Source: the human T2T-CHM13v2.0 reference genome, Homo sapiens
Length of the DNA: 64,000 bases
Direction: 5' to 3' (one strand)
NCBI RefSeq assembly: GCF_009914755.1
Contig: NC_060927.1
Each line of letters starts with the position of its first letter. Position 1 is the first letter of the stretch. This document shows, one piece after another, positions 42,463 to 55,808 of this stretch. Made by a program: the position numbers and the translations under genes. The notes beneath the pieces were generated by a model that worked only from the letters and a program-made list of their open reading frames with translations, was not told where the DNA came from and ran no database searches.

Positions 42463-43098
42463 GCCAGAAAACAAATTGACATTAGACAATGTGGCAGAAG
42501 GGTTCCAAATATTAAAGGCTGCTTTCTACTTCTTTTATGACATAACCCCTTCTATGGTATGGGCACTGAAACTAAAGCAAACAGTAAAAGGATTGGTACT
42601 GTATAGAAATATTTTTAGAGAAATTAAAAAGCAAAAAAGTCAAACAGAAATTACAATATGCTTCCATGAAGCCATACCAAGTGTGCCTGCCTCTCCCGCC
42701 TCCCCTTCCACCACCTCCATCTTTTCATTTCTGCCACCACTGAGACAGCAAGACCAACCCCTCCTCTTCCTTCTCTCCTTAGCCTACTCAATGTGAAGAT
42801 GACCAGAATAAATATTGTTGACTTCCACTTAATGAATAGTATTTAAATATATTTTTCTTATGATTTTTTAGCTAACATTTTTATTTTCTCTCATTTACTT
42901 CATTATTAATATAAGGATACAGTACATGATACATATAACATTAAAAATGTGTTCATTACTGTGTATGTTACCAATAAGGCTTCCGGTCCACAGTAGGCTC
43001 TTAGTAAGGTTTTGGGGGAGAACAATGTGATAAACAAATTTTCAAGTGTGTGGGAGTTTGGCTCGCCTAACCCCTGTTAGGAGTTCAAGGGTCCATTG
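42463..43098 (+). mobile_element. Tigger3 3' portion (transposase C-terminal remnant and TIR)
   Basis: PENKLTLDNVAEGF...YRNIFREIKKQKSQTEIT in ORF 42314-42796; terminal 'gttcaagggtccattg'. Confidence 0.85.
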
Positions 43099-44170
43099 GA
43101 AAATGCTAAAGTATTGTCTCTTCAGCTTTAAATTTTTGAAAACAAATGGCTTTTCTTAGGTAGAAAGTTGTTTGTCACATTTCTCCCCAGTGTCTTTTGA
43201 ATTGTTAAGGAGAGGATCCAGAAATCATTACTGGCACAAGCTGTATCCTCCAGGGGGCTTCCCTGCTGCAGCAGGCAGCTCTGAAACCTGTCCTAATAAA
43301 GAAGCTACACTACAAGGCTTTTGATTGGTGGTTTTTCCCCCAGCTACCGATTGAATGAAGGCAGTAATTATGTCCGCATTGTCTGACTAAATGCTGCTGG
43401 TGTATGCCATTAGAACTGGTTTCAGGCAACTTTTAGAGAGCAGTCTGCTGTCCTCTGGGAATAGATCATGAAGGTTGGGGCTGAGCCCCACAGCTCTCCC
43501 ATGTGACTTGACACCTCCACTTGCAAGATAAGAGAAAAGAATGGTTCTGAGAACCCTTGGAAAGTGGGAGGACCCCTGCTGTTCTCTAAAAGGCATTCTG
43601 AGAAAAGACTTCACAGAAAATCAATTGTTATCACTTAAGACCTTTCCTTTAACTCACTATATTCCATTGTACACTTAATTTTTTTCTTCCAGTGGGACAA
43701 AGCAATGTGTAAAAAATTGTACAATGTTCCTGTGGTGTCTTTGAAAGCAAGTTTATAAATTCTTAATATGCATTACTATAAGTCAAGAGTCTCAAAGAGA
43801 ATAGGGTGTCAATAAAAATTATCCACAGGGCAGATGATGGTTTTTGAAGCAGGGAGAAAGGATAATGTTGGGACTGAATGATATGCGTTCAGGAAAGATG
43901 ACATGAATTTGAAGAAAGGAAAGTGTTGAGGTGAGACACAAAGCTTCCCACCCCCACCCTGTGAAGTTCTTGAATGAGGCTTCCTGGACATTTCATGCTT
44001 TCGCTTCCCTGTAGCTCGAGGCTTCCATTCTCCAGAGGAATTAAGGGAAGATTTCTGCTGAGGACTAGGTCCTGTTGATCCACGAATTTCCTCCTTTTGC
44101 TCTGTCTGCCCCCAATACTCCTTATTTTTTAAGTCAAATATTTTACATATACAGCCACTTTAACTCCAAC

Positions 44171-44422
44171 TGCTGTGTGGTTAACAGCATAGATTCTGGA
44201 AGCAAACAAAGCCTGCGGTCTAACCCTAGGCCTGATACTTCCTAGCTCTGTGAACTTGGGCAGATTGCATAATCTCTCTGAGCCCTCTTTTCTCCCCTAT
44301 AGATGGGAGCACCAGCCATCTCTGTCTTATGGGATGGCTGTGGTAGTGAATGTGGCAGTGCATATATGTTAGGCTGGGGGTCTGGCACATGAGAAGTGCT
44401 CAGAAATGTTAGCTACTATTAT
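44171..44422 (+). mobile_element. MIR, near full length
   Basis: 'gtggttaacagcatagattctgga...tgtgaacttgggcag...gtgctcagaaatgttagcta'. Confidence 0.8.
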
Positions 44423-45373
44423 TATAGGGTAAAAAGGTGTTATACCTCCACTCACTGATCATAGGGGTTATGGCAGACACTCCCATAACAAAAGACAGGT
44501 TAACAAGAGAAAAGCATAACAGATTTATTTAGTCAAAGTTTTATGTGACATAAGAGACTTCAGAAATGAAGACTCAAAGACCAAGGAAAACTGTCTGTTT
44601 TTATGGTTAGATTTGATGACGAATGGACAGCCATATAGAAATGTGATTGGACAAAAGTGTAAACCAAAACAAAACCATACTAAGCTGCCCAACTAACTGA
44701 ATAGACCCTCCTTTTGGCCAAGGACATTCCAAAGTAAACCTGAAAAACTAGTTCAGGCCATGGTAGGAAAGGGGGCATGGACATGCCTCATTATACCTTC
44801 CTCCCTCCTCTAATTCCTTTGGAATTCAGGCACAACTAACCAGCATTCACATTTAAAACAGAGATCTTAAGACTGACAAAACAGACTCTTTGTAGAAATA
44901 AGAGACCAGATTCCAAACTGATTCTAGCACAGCATCACATGACAAAAAGCAGAGACGGAAAGAAATCAAAGTATTTTACCCCAAAATATATTCCTTTGAC
45001 ATATTTTAAAAAATGACCCTGTAAAGCTGTCTCTTATGGGGAAAAACTACATTCTGCAGAGAATCCCCCCTTTTCCAGGTCTTTTCTTGATCCAGGAGAG
45101 ATTTAACTAAGAGTGCAGCACCTGTTAAGTCCTGATAAGAGACATTTATCATCTATTCTACATAGTCAGAACGTTGGTCTCCACAACCCCTTATTTTAAC
45201 CCATGTAAGGATGTTCCTTTCCTCTGGGTATAGAAAGGGTACCTCTTAAGGGTCTTATGACCTGCTTCAGAGGAGAAGAGCAGGGGAAAAGTGAGAGTGC
45301 CCTTCCTGCTTTTGCTGTTTTTATCAAAGGCCAAGGTGCCATGTTTCAGAGTAGCATATCCCGAACCCCATCA
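44423..45373 (-). mobile_element. MER31-type LTR interrupted by a MER4 LTR
   Basis: 44423-44657 plus 45203-45373, ending 'ccaaggtgccat...gaaccccatca'. Confidence 0.65.
44658..45203 (+). mobile_element. MER4 (B/D/E-type) LTR, 3'-truncated
   Basis: 'tgtaaaccaaaa...aaacctgaaaaactagttcaggccatg'. Confidence 0.8.
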
Positions 45374-45518
45374 AAGCCAAGTACCTTGTATAGATTGTCT
45401 AGTGCCTTATTCTAAAATAAGACACATTAAGTGATGTGATCTTCTAATATCTGTGAACTACAGAATGCTTATTTTACATATAGTTTGCCCAAAAATTATG
45501 CCTAATTTATAATAATAA

Positions 45519-45908
45519 TGTTAGGGTTCAGAAAACAATACTTAAAAAACAGTAAGGAATTTTGGCATACTGAATATTTTGAACTAAAGGAGCTTTCAAG
45601 GCCTCAGAACCAAGATTTCTCTGACCTTCTCTTGCCCTCCTGTGTCGTGCCCCTTTTTCTTCCCAAAGTAAGTCATAGAAAGCAGAATTCCTCTTCCACA
45701 ATGCAGGTCATAGAAACAAGAATCCCTCTCCCCGCAAGCAAGCCATAAAACCTCTCTTCTTTCTTCTCCCTTGAAGACCCTCATTCTAGGGGGTCTTGCC
45801 CAATACCCAGGAGGAAGAAATGCTACACTAAGAGATCAAGAAGAGTCTAAACAGAGAGTCCTTGCTGAGTTTTCACCCTCGGTTTATTATTATTAGATCA
45901 TACCTTTT
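45519..45908 (+). mobile_element. MER4-group ERV1 LTR (MER65-like), truncated
   Basis: 'tgttagggttcagaaaac', repeated 'gtcatagaaa'. Confidence 0.55.
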
Positions 45909-46356
45909 TATCAATGAAAAAGAGTCAAACTCTATAAAATATTTATTCTAAGTATGAGAACCATGACATGTGACACAGTCCCAGGAGGTCCTGAGAACAT
46001 GTGCCCAAGGTGGTTGGGTTACAGCTTGGTTTTATATGTTTTAGGGATACATAAGACATCAATCATTACATGTAAGGTATGCACTAGTTCTGTCTGGAAA
46101 GGCAGGGCAACTGGAAGCAGGGGCTTACAGTTCATAGGTGAATTCAAAGATTTTCTGATTGGCAATTGGTTGAAAGAGTTAAATTATTATCTAATGACCT
46201 GGAATCAATAGAAAGGAGTGTCTGGATTAAGAAAAGAGATTGTGGAGATCAAGGTTCTTAAGATGTAGAATAGATGGCAAATGTCTCTTATCAGGCCTTA
46301 AAAGGGCCACGCTTTTAGTTAAATCTCTCTTGGATCAGGAAAGTACTTAGAAAGAA
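45909..46356 (-). mobile_element. MER4 LTR 3' half
   Basis: 'aaagagtcaaactct...aggtcctgagaacatgtgcccaaggtgg'. Confidence 0.8.
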
Positions 46357-46359
46357 GAG

Positions 46360-47797
46360 TCTTCAAAAGCAATTGCAACAAAACCAAAAATTGATAAGTG
46401 GAACCTAATTAAACTAAAGACTTTCTGTGTAGCAAAAGAAACTATCAACAGAGTATTCAGACAACCTATGGAATGGAAGAAAATATCTGCAAACTATGTA
46501 TCCAACAAAGGACTAATATCCAGACTCTATAAGGAGCTTAAATCAACAAGAAAAAAAAATCTCATTAAAAAGTGGGCAAAGGACATGAACAGGCACTTCT
46601 CAAAAGAAGACATACGAGTGACCAAAAAACATATGAAAAAATGCTCCACATCACTAATTATCAAAGTAATGCAAATAAAAACCATAATGAGACACCATCT
46701 CATACCAATCAGAATGGCTATTACTAAAAAGTCAAAAAATAACGGACATTGATGAGGCTGCAGAGAAAAGGGAATGGCTATACATTGTTGGTGGGAATGT
46801 AAATTAGTTCAGCCACTGTGGAAAGCAGTTTGGGGATTTCTCAAAGAACTAAAAATAGAGCTACCATTTGACCCAGCAATCCCACCACTGGGTATACACC
46901 CAAAGGAAAATAAATTATTCTACCTAAAAGACACATGCACTCATATGTTCACTGTAGCACTATCACAATAGCAAAGACATGGAATCAACCTAGGTATCCA
47001 TAAATGGAGGATTGGATAAAGAAAATGTGGTACATATACACCATGGAATACTACACAGCCATAAGAAAAGAATGAAGTTATGTCCTTTGTAGCAACATGG
47101 ATGCAGCTGGAGGCCATTATCCTAAGTGAATTAATGCAGAAATAGAAAACCCAATTGATATGGTTTGGCTGTGTCCCGACCCAAATCTCACCTTGAGTTG
47201 TAGTTCCCATAATCTCCATGTGTCGTGGGAAGGACCCAGTGGAAAGTAATTTAATCATAAGGATGGTTACCCCTGTGCTGTTTTCATGCTAGTGAGTGAG
47301 TTCTCATAAGATCCAATGATTTTATAAGGGGTTTTCCCCACTTTTGCTTAGCACTTCTCTTCCTGCCGCCATATGAAGGAGGACATGTTTGCTTCCTTCT
47401 ACCATGATTGTAAGTTTCCTGAGGCCTCCCTAGCCATGCTGAACAGTGAGTCAATTAAACTTCTTTCCTTTATAAATTACCCAGTCTCGGGTATGTCTTT
47501 ATTAGCAGCTTGAGAAAGGTTAATACACAAATATTGCATGTTCTCACTTATAACTGGGAGCTAAATATTGGGTACACATGCACATAACGATGGTAACCAT
47601 AGACACTGGGAACTCCAAAAGGAGGGAGAAAGAGGGGCAAGGGCTGGAAAACTTCCTATTGAGTGCTATGTTCACTATCTGGAGATGGGATCAATAGAAG
47701 CCCAAACCTCAACATCACACAATATACCCTTGTAACAAACCTGCACATGTACCCCCTGAATCTATAATAAAAATGGACATTAAAAAAAATAAAAATA
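46360..47797 (+). mobile_element. L1PA15/16-type 3' end interrupted by THE1C
   Basis: ORF2 C-terminal remnants ([12 protein letters not shown]; [14 protein letters not shown]); 3'UTR 'gtaacaaacctgcacatgtaccccctgaatcta' plus A tail. Confidence 0.9.
47156..47527 (+). mobile_element. THE1C solo LTR
   Basis: 'tgatatggtttggctgtgtcc...taataca'; TSD ccaat/caaat. Confidence 0.9.
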
Positions 47798-48488
47798 GCA
47801 GAATATTAACAGAATAAATCAGCAATTCCCAACATATGCATATAGTATACAATATAGCCGGTTGCTGTCAGTTGGTTCTAAAAAGCATGCCCTCTACAGA
47901 GTGTGGGTGAGGGAGAGTTGTACGTGTACCCATGCAGAATACGGACCCCTCTGCTTCCTCCTCTGTAAAAGTGCTTTCTAGGGCTGTTATAAGGATTCAA
48001 GGGTTAATGCATAAAAACCTTGGCTCTGTGGCTGGCATGTGTTAGCCATTATTCTTAATATTCTTGCTATTTGGAAATTTTTGGCTGATTCTAACTGGTG
48101 CTTTCAAGAGCCATCAGCTGCATAGAGTCAAGAGACTCTGGAATTAGCATCTTTGGTATTGGGTCATAGTCTTGACTTGACCCAAAAATCACCCATGGGA
48201 AGTTGGGTTTGAATATTTTATAAAATCTGTACCTACCTCTAGACTCCCAGAATGTTTGCTCTGGGAGAAACCTTAGAACATTTCCTGCTTATCCTCCTCT
48301 TTTGTAGAGAAGGAAACCCAGGCTCCCAGAGGTAAAGTCATTTGAGATCCCACAGCCTGAGCCTGTCAAATTCAGACCTAAAACATGAGGAGTCGGTTAA
48401 AATATGCCCATAAAAATCTTTGCTTGGCATTTCTAGGGATCTTCCTTGTTGCTGTTCAGTATTTGAGCAGAAAGTCTTGTAATATGGT

Positions 48489-48922
<434 letters not shown>

Positions 48923-49455
48923 CTACAGAAAGCAAGCAGGTTGGGACTCAGGAGTAAGCTGAGGAGCTGGGGGACCCTTTGCTGCTCAGTGGCAGCTGGC
49001 ATTGAATAAGAGTGATGATTGGATTAGGTGTGCCCTGGGGGAGCAGAAAAGCACATTCTGTGGGATCCAAAGTGAAAGCCCTCTGCTCTCCCGACAAGAG
49101 AAGCAGTAAACGGAAGCAGCTGCGTTTGAAATGAGGCTTCCCTGGGACTTGTCCATCTCACTCTAGTTCTCCCAAGTGCCCCTTCCCTTCCTCAGGAGGA
49201 CAAAGTGGGGACCAAGAGGAGAAGGGGGCGGGGTGTGGGCAGGGGAGGAGGAGATGGAGGTGTGGCATTAGGAGATGGATGGATGGCAGTTCCATAGTTA
49301 AAGGGAGGGAAGGGGAGGAACAAAGCAAGGTGGGGATCAAAACAGACTGGAATAATTGTGACAGTTTATTGATATATACTTTGATGGAAACAATAAGTGA
49401 AGCATGTCCGATTTATTTTCTCGCTCTGCCTGGGGGACAGGTGCATGATTATCCC

Positions 49456-50000
49456 TGAAGGATACCAGAATATGCCACCCCCGAATATGTCTCTTTGCCA
49501 TATGGGTTTTTGAGCTACTGAGCATTGAAAATCAGCAGATTCAGGAAAAGCTCTAAAAACAGGGCACAAGTTTTCTCTTTGTAAAGGAAATTTACATTTA
49601 TAAAGGAAATTTCCATTTGAAAAGTTATCTTCCTCTCCCTTACCTAAAAGAGGACTATTAACAATTATTATCAATGGAGAAAGCACTGACTTAAATCTGC
49701 ATTACAAACCTTATTAAACACCTATTGTTTACCCTACTTCATTGTCACCTTTTCATAACTTGCTTCTCTTGCCCTGAAGCCTCAAACTCCTTTTCCTTTA
49801 TCTAGCTTAAGATGGCACAGAAGCCCAAATCCTAACCACCCCTTTGGGTTACTTATCACTGGATGCTCCCACGTGTATGCCCAATGCACATGTTAATAAA
49901 CTGGCTTTTTTTCCTTGTTAATCTGTCCTTTGCTACTCTAACTCACAGGGCTTCCACTGGAGAACCCAAGATGGAAAGAATTTTTTTTTCCTTTCTCACA
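49456..50000 (+). mobile_element. MER34-family solo LTR inserted in an antisense MIR
   Basis: 'tgaaggataccagaatatgccacccc...ctcaca'; perfect 4-bp TSD tccc. Confidence 0.75.
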
Positions 50001-50553
50001 TCCCCATTATCCAGACTAATGTCAGAGATTCAACAAGCTTAAGGAATTTGCCCAGAGCCACAGCCTCTCTAGATTGGAAAGCTAGGATTTAAACCAAAGC
50101 CAGTAGTCTCCAAAGCCATCATGAGCTCCCACTCACTGGACCTTAACCCTCTAACCCTGTAGAGAATTGGAAATATGTCCATTCAAAGCAGACAAACAGT
50201 GGGTGAACTAGGCTAGGAAGAGAGGAACATGTATCTTGCTTGATAGGAAAAGTTTACTGAAAGGTTGAAGAAAGTTCCAGGGAGTAGATGTGGTCATGGA
50301 TCTGCCTTTTTTTAGAGAAAAAAATAAGAGGATCTCCCAAAGCATCCTGAGGGCATCTGCTATGAGAAAAGGAGAAGTGGGGCAGAGGGCAACAAACTCC
50401 TTAGGGTCCTGGGTCCAGACACTAAGGACAGTGGTGGACTCTACAGTCAGACAGCCACAGCTTTCTCTGTGCAAAACTCTACTGGCCAGGACTGTGAGAA
50501 AGAGGCCTGTCCCCACCAGGAAGGAAGTTACAGCCTCCTGAAGGGTAAGGTAT

Positions 50554-51375
<822 letters not shown>

Positions 51376-51592
51376 GTACACACATAAACACTGGTCACAC
51401 AAGTACCTTAGAACAGAGTCAGATTGAGCCTTATTGTCATTAAAAAGAGAAAGAAGTTACTTATGATGGGCTTATAAGGAAAACCTTCACTGATGATATA
51501 GTATCTGAAAAATGTGGGCTCCTTGACCCAAAGACTACAGAGATATTCCAGACAGAGGAAAGGGCTGGAATTTAGAAAGCATGGACGGTATG

Positions 51593-51956
51593 TGTTGTAG
51601 ACTAAATGTTTGTGTCTCCAAAAAATTCATATATTGACACGCTAATAACCAATGTGATAGTATTTGGAGGTGGGGCCTTGGGAATTAATTAGGCTTAGAG
51701 GAGGTTATGAGGGTAGGGCCCTCATGATGGGATTAGTGCCCTTATAAGAAAAGGAAGAGGCACAAAGTTAGTCTGACTCCACCATGTGGGGATACAGTGA
51801 GAAGGCAGCATCTGTGGACCATGAGGAGAGCCCTCACCGAGAACCATGCTGGCCCTCTCATCTCAGACTTGCAGCTTCCAGACTGTGAAAAATAAATGCT
51901 TGTTGTTCAAGCCACCCAGCCTATGGTATTTTGTGATAGCAGCCAGAGCTAAGACA
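51593..51956 (+). mobile_element. MLT1A/A0 solo LTR within an L2 remnant
   Basis: 'ccctcatgatgggattagtgcccttataag...gctaagaca'. Confidence 0.85.
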
Positions 51957-52249
51957 ATGTGTAAGGAGAGCTGTGAGCAATTTCATTTTGCTTGACTACA
52001 TCAGTGAGGTGACAAAAGTGGCAAGCAAGATAGAGTGGAGTGAAATGGGAGGGCTTTGAAGGTCACTTTATTTTGAAGCAATAGAGACACATTGAAAACT
52101 TTTGAGGATGACATAAATCCTTTGCTTAGGAAGATTAATCTTACTCTTCCCATTCTTTTGTGGCACGGAAGGTCAGGGCCTGAAGGCCAGGGGACCATCA
52201 AGCGGGCTTCTGCAACAGTTTTGTAGAAGAGCCGATAAGGTTCAGCACA

Positions 52250-52525
52250 AAATATGAGCCAAATATGTGTGTCCTTTTCAGGTGGAAGCATTTAGGAGCT
52301 AGAGCGAACTTCTCCATATGTTTTTTATATCTGCTGTCATGGCCAGCAATGTTCCAAATAGTGCAGGCATCTCTGAAAGGGTCCCGAAGTGGGGATGAGG
52401 AGGAGAGCCTCCTGCCAGTGTGCAATGGCCACATAGTGTAAAGGAAATAAAGCTTTGATGTTTGAAGCCACTGAAATTTGGGAGTTGTTTTCTAGCAGCA
52501 TAACCTGATCTATCCTGACTAATAT
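52250..52525 (+). mobile_element. MLT1I/J-type fragment
   Basis: 'aagccactgaaatttgggagttgtt...ctatcctgactaata'. Confidence 0.6.
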
Positions 52526-52887
52526 AAGAACCACATACTTACGAAGGCGTTCAGTCAATTCAGGACTCATCAATTGCATGCTGACTCTGTGCCAGGCGCT
52601 GTGTTAGATGCTGGGGATACCATAGTGAGCAAGACAGACATGGCTACAAGAGACTGAGTAGGAAAAGAGAAAAGAGAGCAGGAGTGGGGGGTGAGGGGAC
52701 CTACCATTAGGGAACCAGAAGAGGACCCAGATGATACAGGCTCTAGGAAGTCCCTTAAAAACAGGAGAACACAGCATGAGCCAAAAAAGGGACAGCAGCC
52801 TGTGTCAGTCTCAGACCCTCAAGAGAACTGAAGGAGCCAGAAGCGCTGGGTGCTGGACTAAGTTTCCCCAGGCTTGTTTCCCCAGTG

Positions 52888-53054
52888 CAGTCATTCTTGA
52901 AGTGTGGTCCCAGGCCAGGAGCATCAGCATCACCTGGGAACTTGTTAGGAGTATGGAATCCCAAGCCTCACCACAAACTTACTGAATCAGGACTGGGACC
53001 CAGTGATCTGTGTTTTAACAAGCCCTCCAGGCAACTGCGGTTGGATGACCACTG
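52888..53054 (+). mobile_element. MER5A (hAT-Charlie)
   Basis: 'gcatcagcatcacctgggaacttgttag...tgtgttttaacaagccctccagg'. Confidence 0.85.
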
Positions 53055-53869
53055 ACTGCTCTGGTGCATCCCTCTTAAAGGATGTGACCAACTTCTTTAA
53101 CAGAGCAGTGAGGAGCTCCTGCGGCCACTAGTTCTGTGGTGAGAATTACTGTTAGTAATAAAGTCCCCGTGGTCATCTCAGAAGATAAAAGACTCCAGAG
53201 GGGGCACTGAAAGGGCAAGGATGCTGTGTTGGGGTGACAAAGGGCAAGACCTCAAGGAGCAGCTGGCGAGCCGCTGTGGAAACAGGGCTTCTGTTGGGAC
53301 TCACAGATCATTTATCAGGCCGGGCACCCTGATTGCTTGGAGGCTCCCTGTTTCTGGTGTGGGTCAGACCTGGGGAGGAGCAAAGCTGCATTCTGAAAGA
53401 TATGCAGGTGCTAGCTAAGGGAAGAGAATATAGAAGAACACTCTAGACACAAAGCAGGTGCCTGGGAAGAAGCAAGTGTTGCTTGAAGAATGCCAACTGT
53501 TAAACTGTTAAACACATCAGTGTGCCTTGAGCACAGCACATGAGGGAGCATGTGTGACATAAGGTGGGGGCAGATAGGAAGATGTTAGGTCACACAGGTC
53601 CATATAGGACATATGTGGATTGGAGGGAGATACTCGGGGAAAGTGAGTTATCTGGATGACAATCGATATTCCTAACTCAGAGTAGAGGATCTGTTACATT
53701 CAGTACATGAGTTCCTTAATTAATTAATTCCCTATGAGTGAAACTCTTTCATAACAAAGATATCATGATAAAACCAATAGCAACAACAAAGAAATGGTAT
53801 AGCCTACCTGCATTAGCAAATAAAAAACACTATATCGCATAAAAAGCAATTCTTCAAAGAGATAATTCC

Positions 53870-54095
53870 TGTCATTTATTGAGAACTTACTCCAAGATGG
53901 GCAGCTCTACGTACAGACAATATACATGTAGTCATTCATTTATTCTTTATAACAAACCTATGCTTTGTAGATAGAGTAGTCTCTGTATTTTAAAATTGGG
54001 AAAGTAAAATTCACTGGCTTAGTTACCCAGCTAGGTAATGCCAAGGAAGGAGGCAAACCCAGTTTCCTGATTCCAGTTTCCAGGCTCTGAGCCAC
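53870..54095 (-). mobile_element. MIR
   Basis: 'catttattgagaacttact...aaacccagtttcctgattccag'. Confidence 0.55.
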
Positions 54096-54749
54096 TCAGG
54101 CTTTTTTGTCTCTAGTGATCTGTGGAATCCAACAAATGGCCTGTGGGTTTGGAGTTGGCAGGGGCACAAAGAAGGCAGCTGTGGTTCTCTGGCATGGGAT
54201 GGGATTAGGGAGCTCTGACCCTGAATGTCCATCTGTTTCTTTTTACCTCTAACTTAGATCTGATCAGCCTATGAGAAGTTAGCCCAGGGTTGTCTGTCAC
54301 GACCTCTTAATTACATATCTGTGCTATTTTATAAAAATGAAAGGCCTCATCAATATCAGATAATTATTTTCACAAAAGAGATCAAATATCAGAATTAAAT
54401 ATTTTACAAATTTGAAGAGTTTCTTAATGCCCTTGGGTTTTCTTGGGTAATATCAACCTCTCATTATAATCTGGTGTTGCTCAAGAAAAGCTGAGAAACA
54501 ATCTGCTGTGAAGGACAAGCTAGAATTTTATTTCAATAATGAATGTTGCAGAAATAGACAGCATATGCCATCTCCCACGGATTGCACAGCCTCGGCCCCG
54601 GCTTTTGTGGCTTCACTTCTGTGTTCCTGCTCTTCCTTTCTTCCTCCCTCTCTATCAATGGAGTAAAACATTCCTTCCTCTTTTTCCATATAGACCCATT
54701 ACATCTAAACCCAGTCCCCTCAGAATCTCCCCCTAAACCCCTAATATTC

Positions 54750-55110
54750 AGCATCAGTCAGGATGGTCTATGTTATACTATGGTAACAAACAACCTGCCA
54801 ATGTTAGTGGCTGAAAACAACCAAAGTTATTTCTTGCTCATGATATAGTTCATTATAGGCCATCTGGGGCCTTTGTTCTACACCATTCTCTGTCAAAGCC
54901 ACAAGCTGATGGATGCCCCACTACCCAAAATGTTGCTGTCAATATGGCAGGGGAAAGGGAATGTGGCTAATTTTCTTACTGACTCATAAGGCCTTCCATG
55001 TGCCATTTCCACTCACAGGTCCATGCCTAACTTCAAGAGGAATAGTTCATCCTACCATATACCAGGAGGAGGAGAAACAGAAACATCAGTGAACAGCACT
55101 CATGACTAGC
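54750..55110 (-). mobile_element. MLT1I/J-type LTR
   Basis: 'agtcaggatggtctatgttatactatggtaacaaacaacc'. Confidence 0.6.
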
Positions 55111-55430
55111 ACATACCCATAAAAGTTTATCAAAATATTTTCTCAAACGAAAGGATAAAATTCTGGCACTAGTATCTGAGAGAATACAATTTTTCCCATC
55201 TCATTACACACATTATTAAACACCCAAGAGAGACTCTGTTTTTCTTTCTCTCAGTAGTGGCCTGGGCACACAGTGAAGCAGAAGAAGAAAAAGAAGGGGA
55301 GCACCAATATATGTCAGACACTGTGGTGGGAACTTTACCTATGTTGTCTCTCTTAATACCAACAAGGCAGCAAGGTAACTATTTTACATTTCAGTTCATA
55401 ATGAGAAATCTGAGCTTCAGAGAGGATAAG

Positions 55431-55808
55431 TGTGCAGTGAAGAAATAATCTTACCTGAGGAGAGGCCTGGCCTTTGTCTCAGGTCCTGGCAGGGTTTGGA
55501 AGTAGTGGAGGACTCAGGGTAACCCCTAATCCCTTGGAATTTACTGAGGATAGGAATGTCTTTGTTATTCATGGTGGACCCCTTGGACCACACATGATAG
55601 TTTATGCTAATGAGATGGCTCTGGGTGGGTCTGGCCATGCAAGAATCACATCTGTGTGATTAGATGGTTGGGATATCAGCCAGGTGATATCTGCCCAACC
55701 TCTGGGAATGGAGGGGGCTGGAGTTTGAATTCAACCATATGGACAATGACTCAATTATTGTGGTAATGAAACCCCAATATGCCAGTGAGGCTTGGGTGAG
55801 TTTCCAGG
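55431..55808 (+). mobile_element. MER21-type LTR (in a MIR; interrupted by MER4A1)
   Basis: 'tctttgttattcatggtggacccc...gtttatgctaatgagatg', 'ggagggggctggag'. Confidence 0.75.

Noticed and set aside
42314-42796. Longest ORF (160 aa) as a domesticated transposase gene
   Set aside because: It starts at GTG in an antisense MSTA LTR and reads into only the C-terminal part of a Tigger3 remnant; no DNA-binding or catalytic core.
44658-46356. Two MER4 halves in opposite orientation as one inverted element
   Set aside because: They overlap by about 130 bp of consensus and differ there by roughly a fifth of positions by eye, so they are independent insertions.
53190-53210. CTCF-like 'ccagagggggcac'
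   Set aside because: Only the 3' half fits; the 5' core spacing is wrong.
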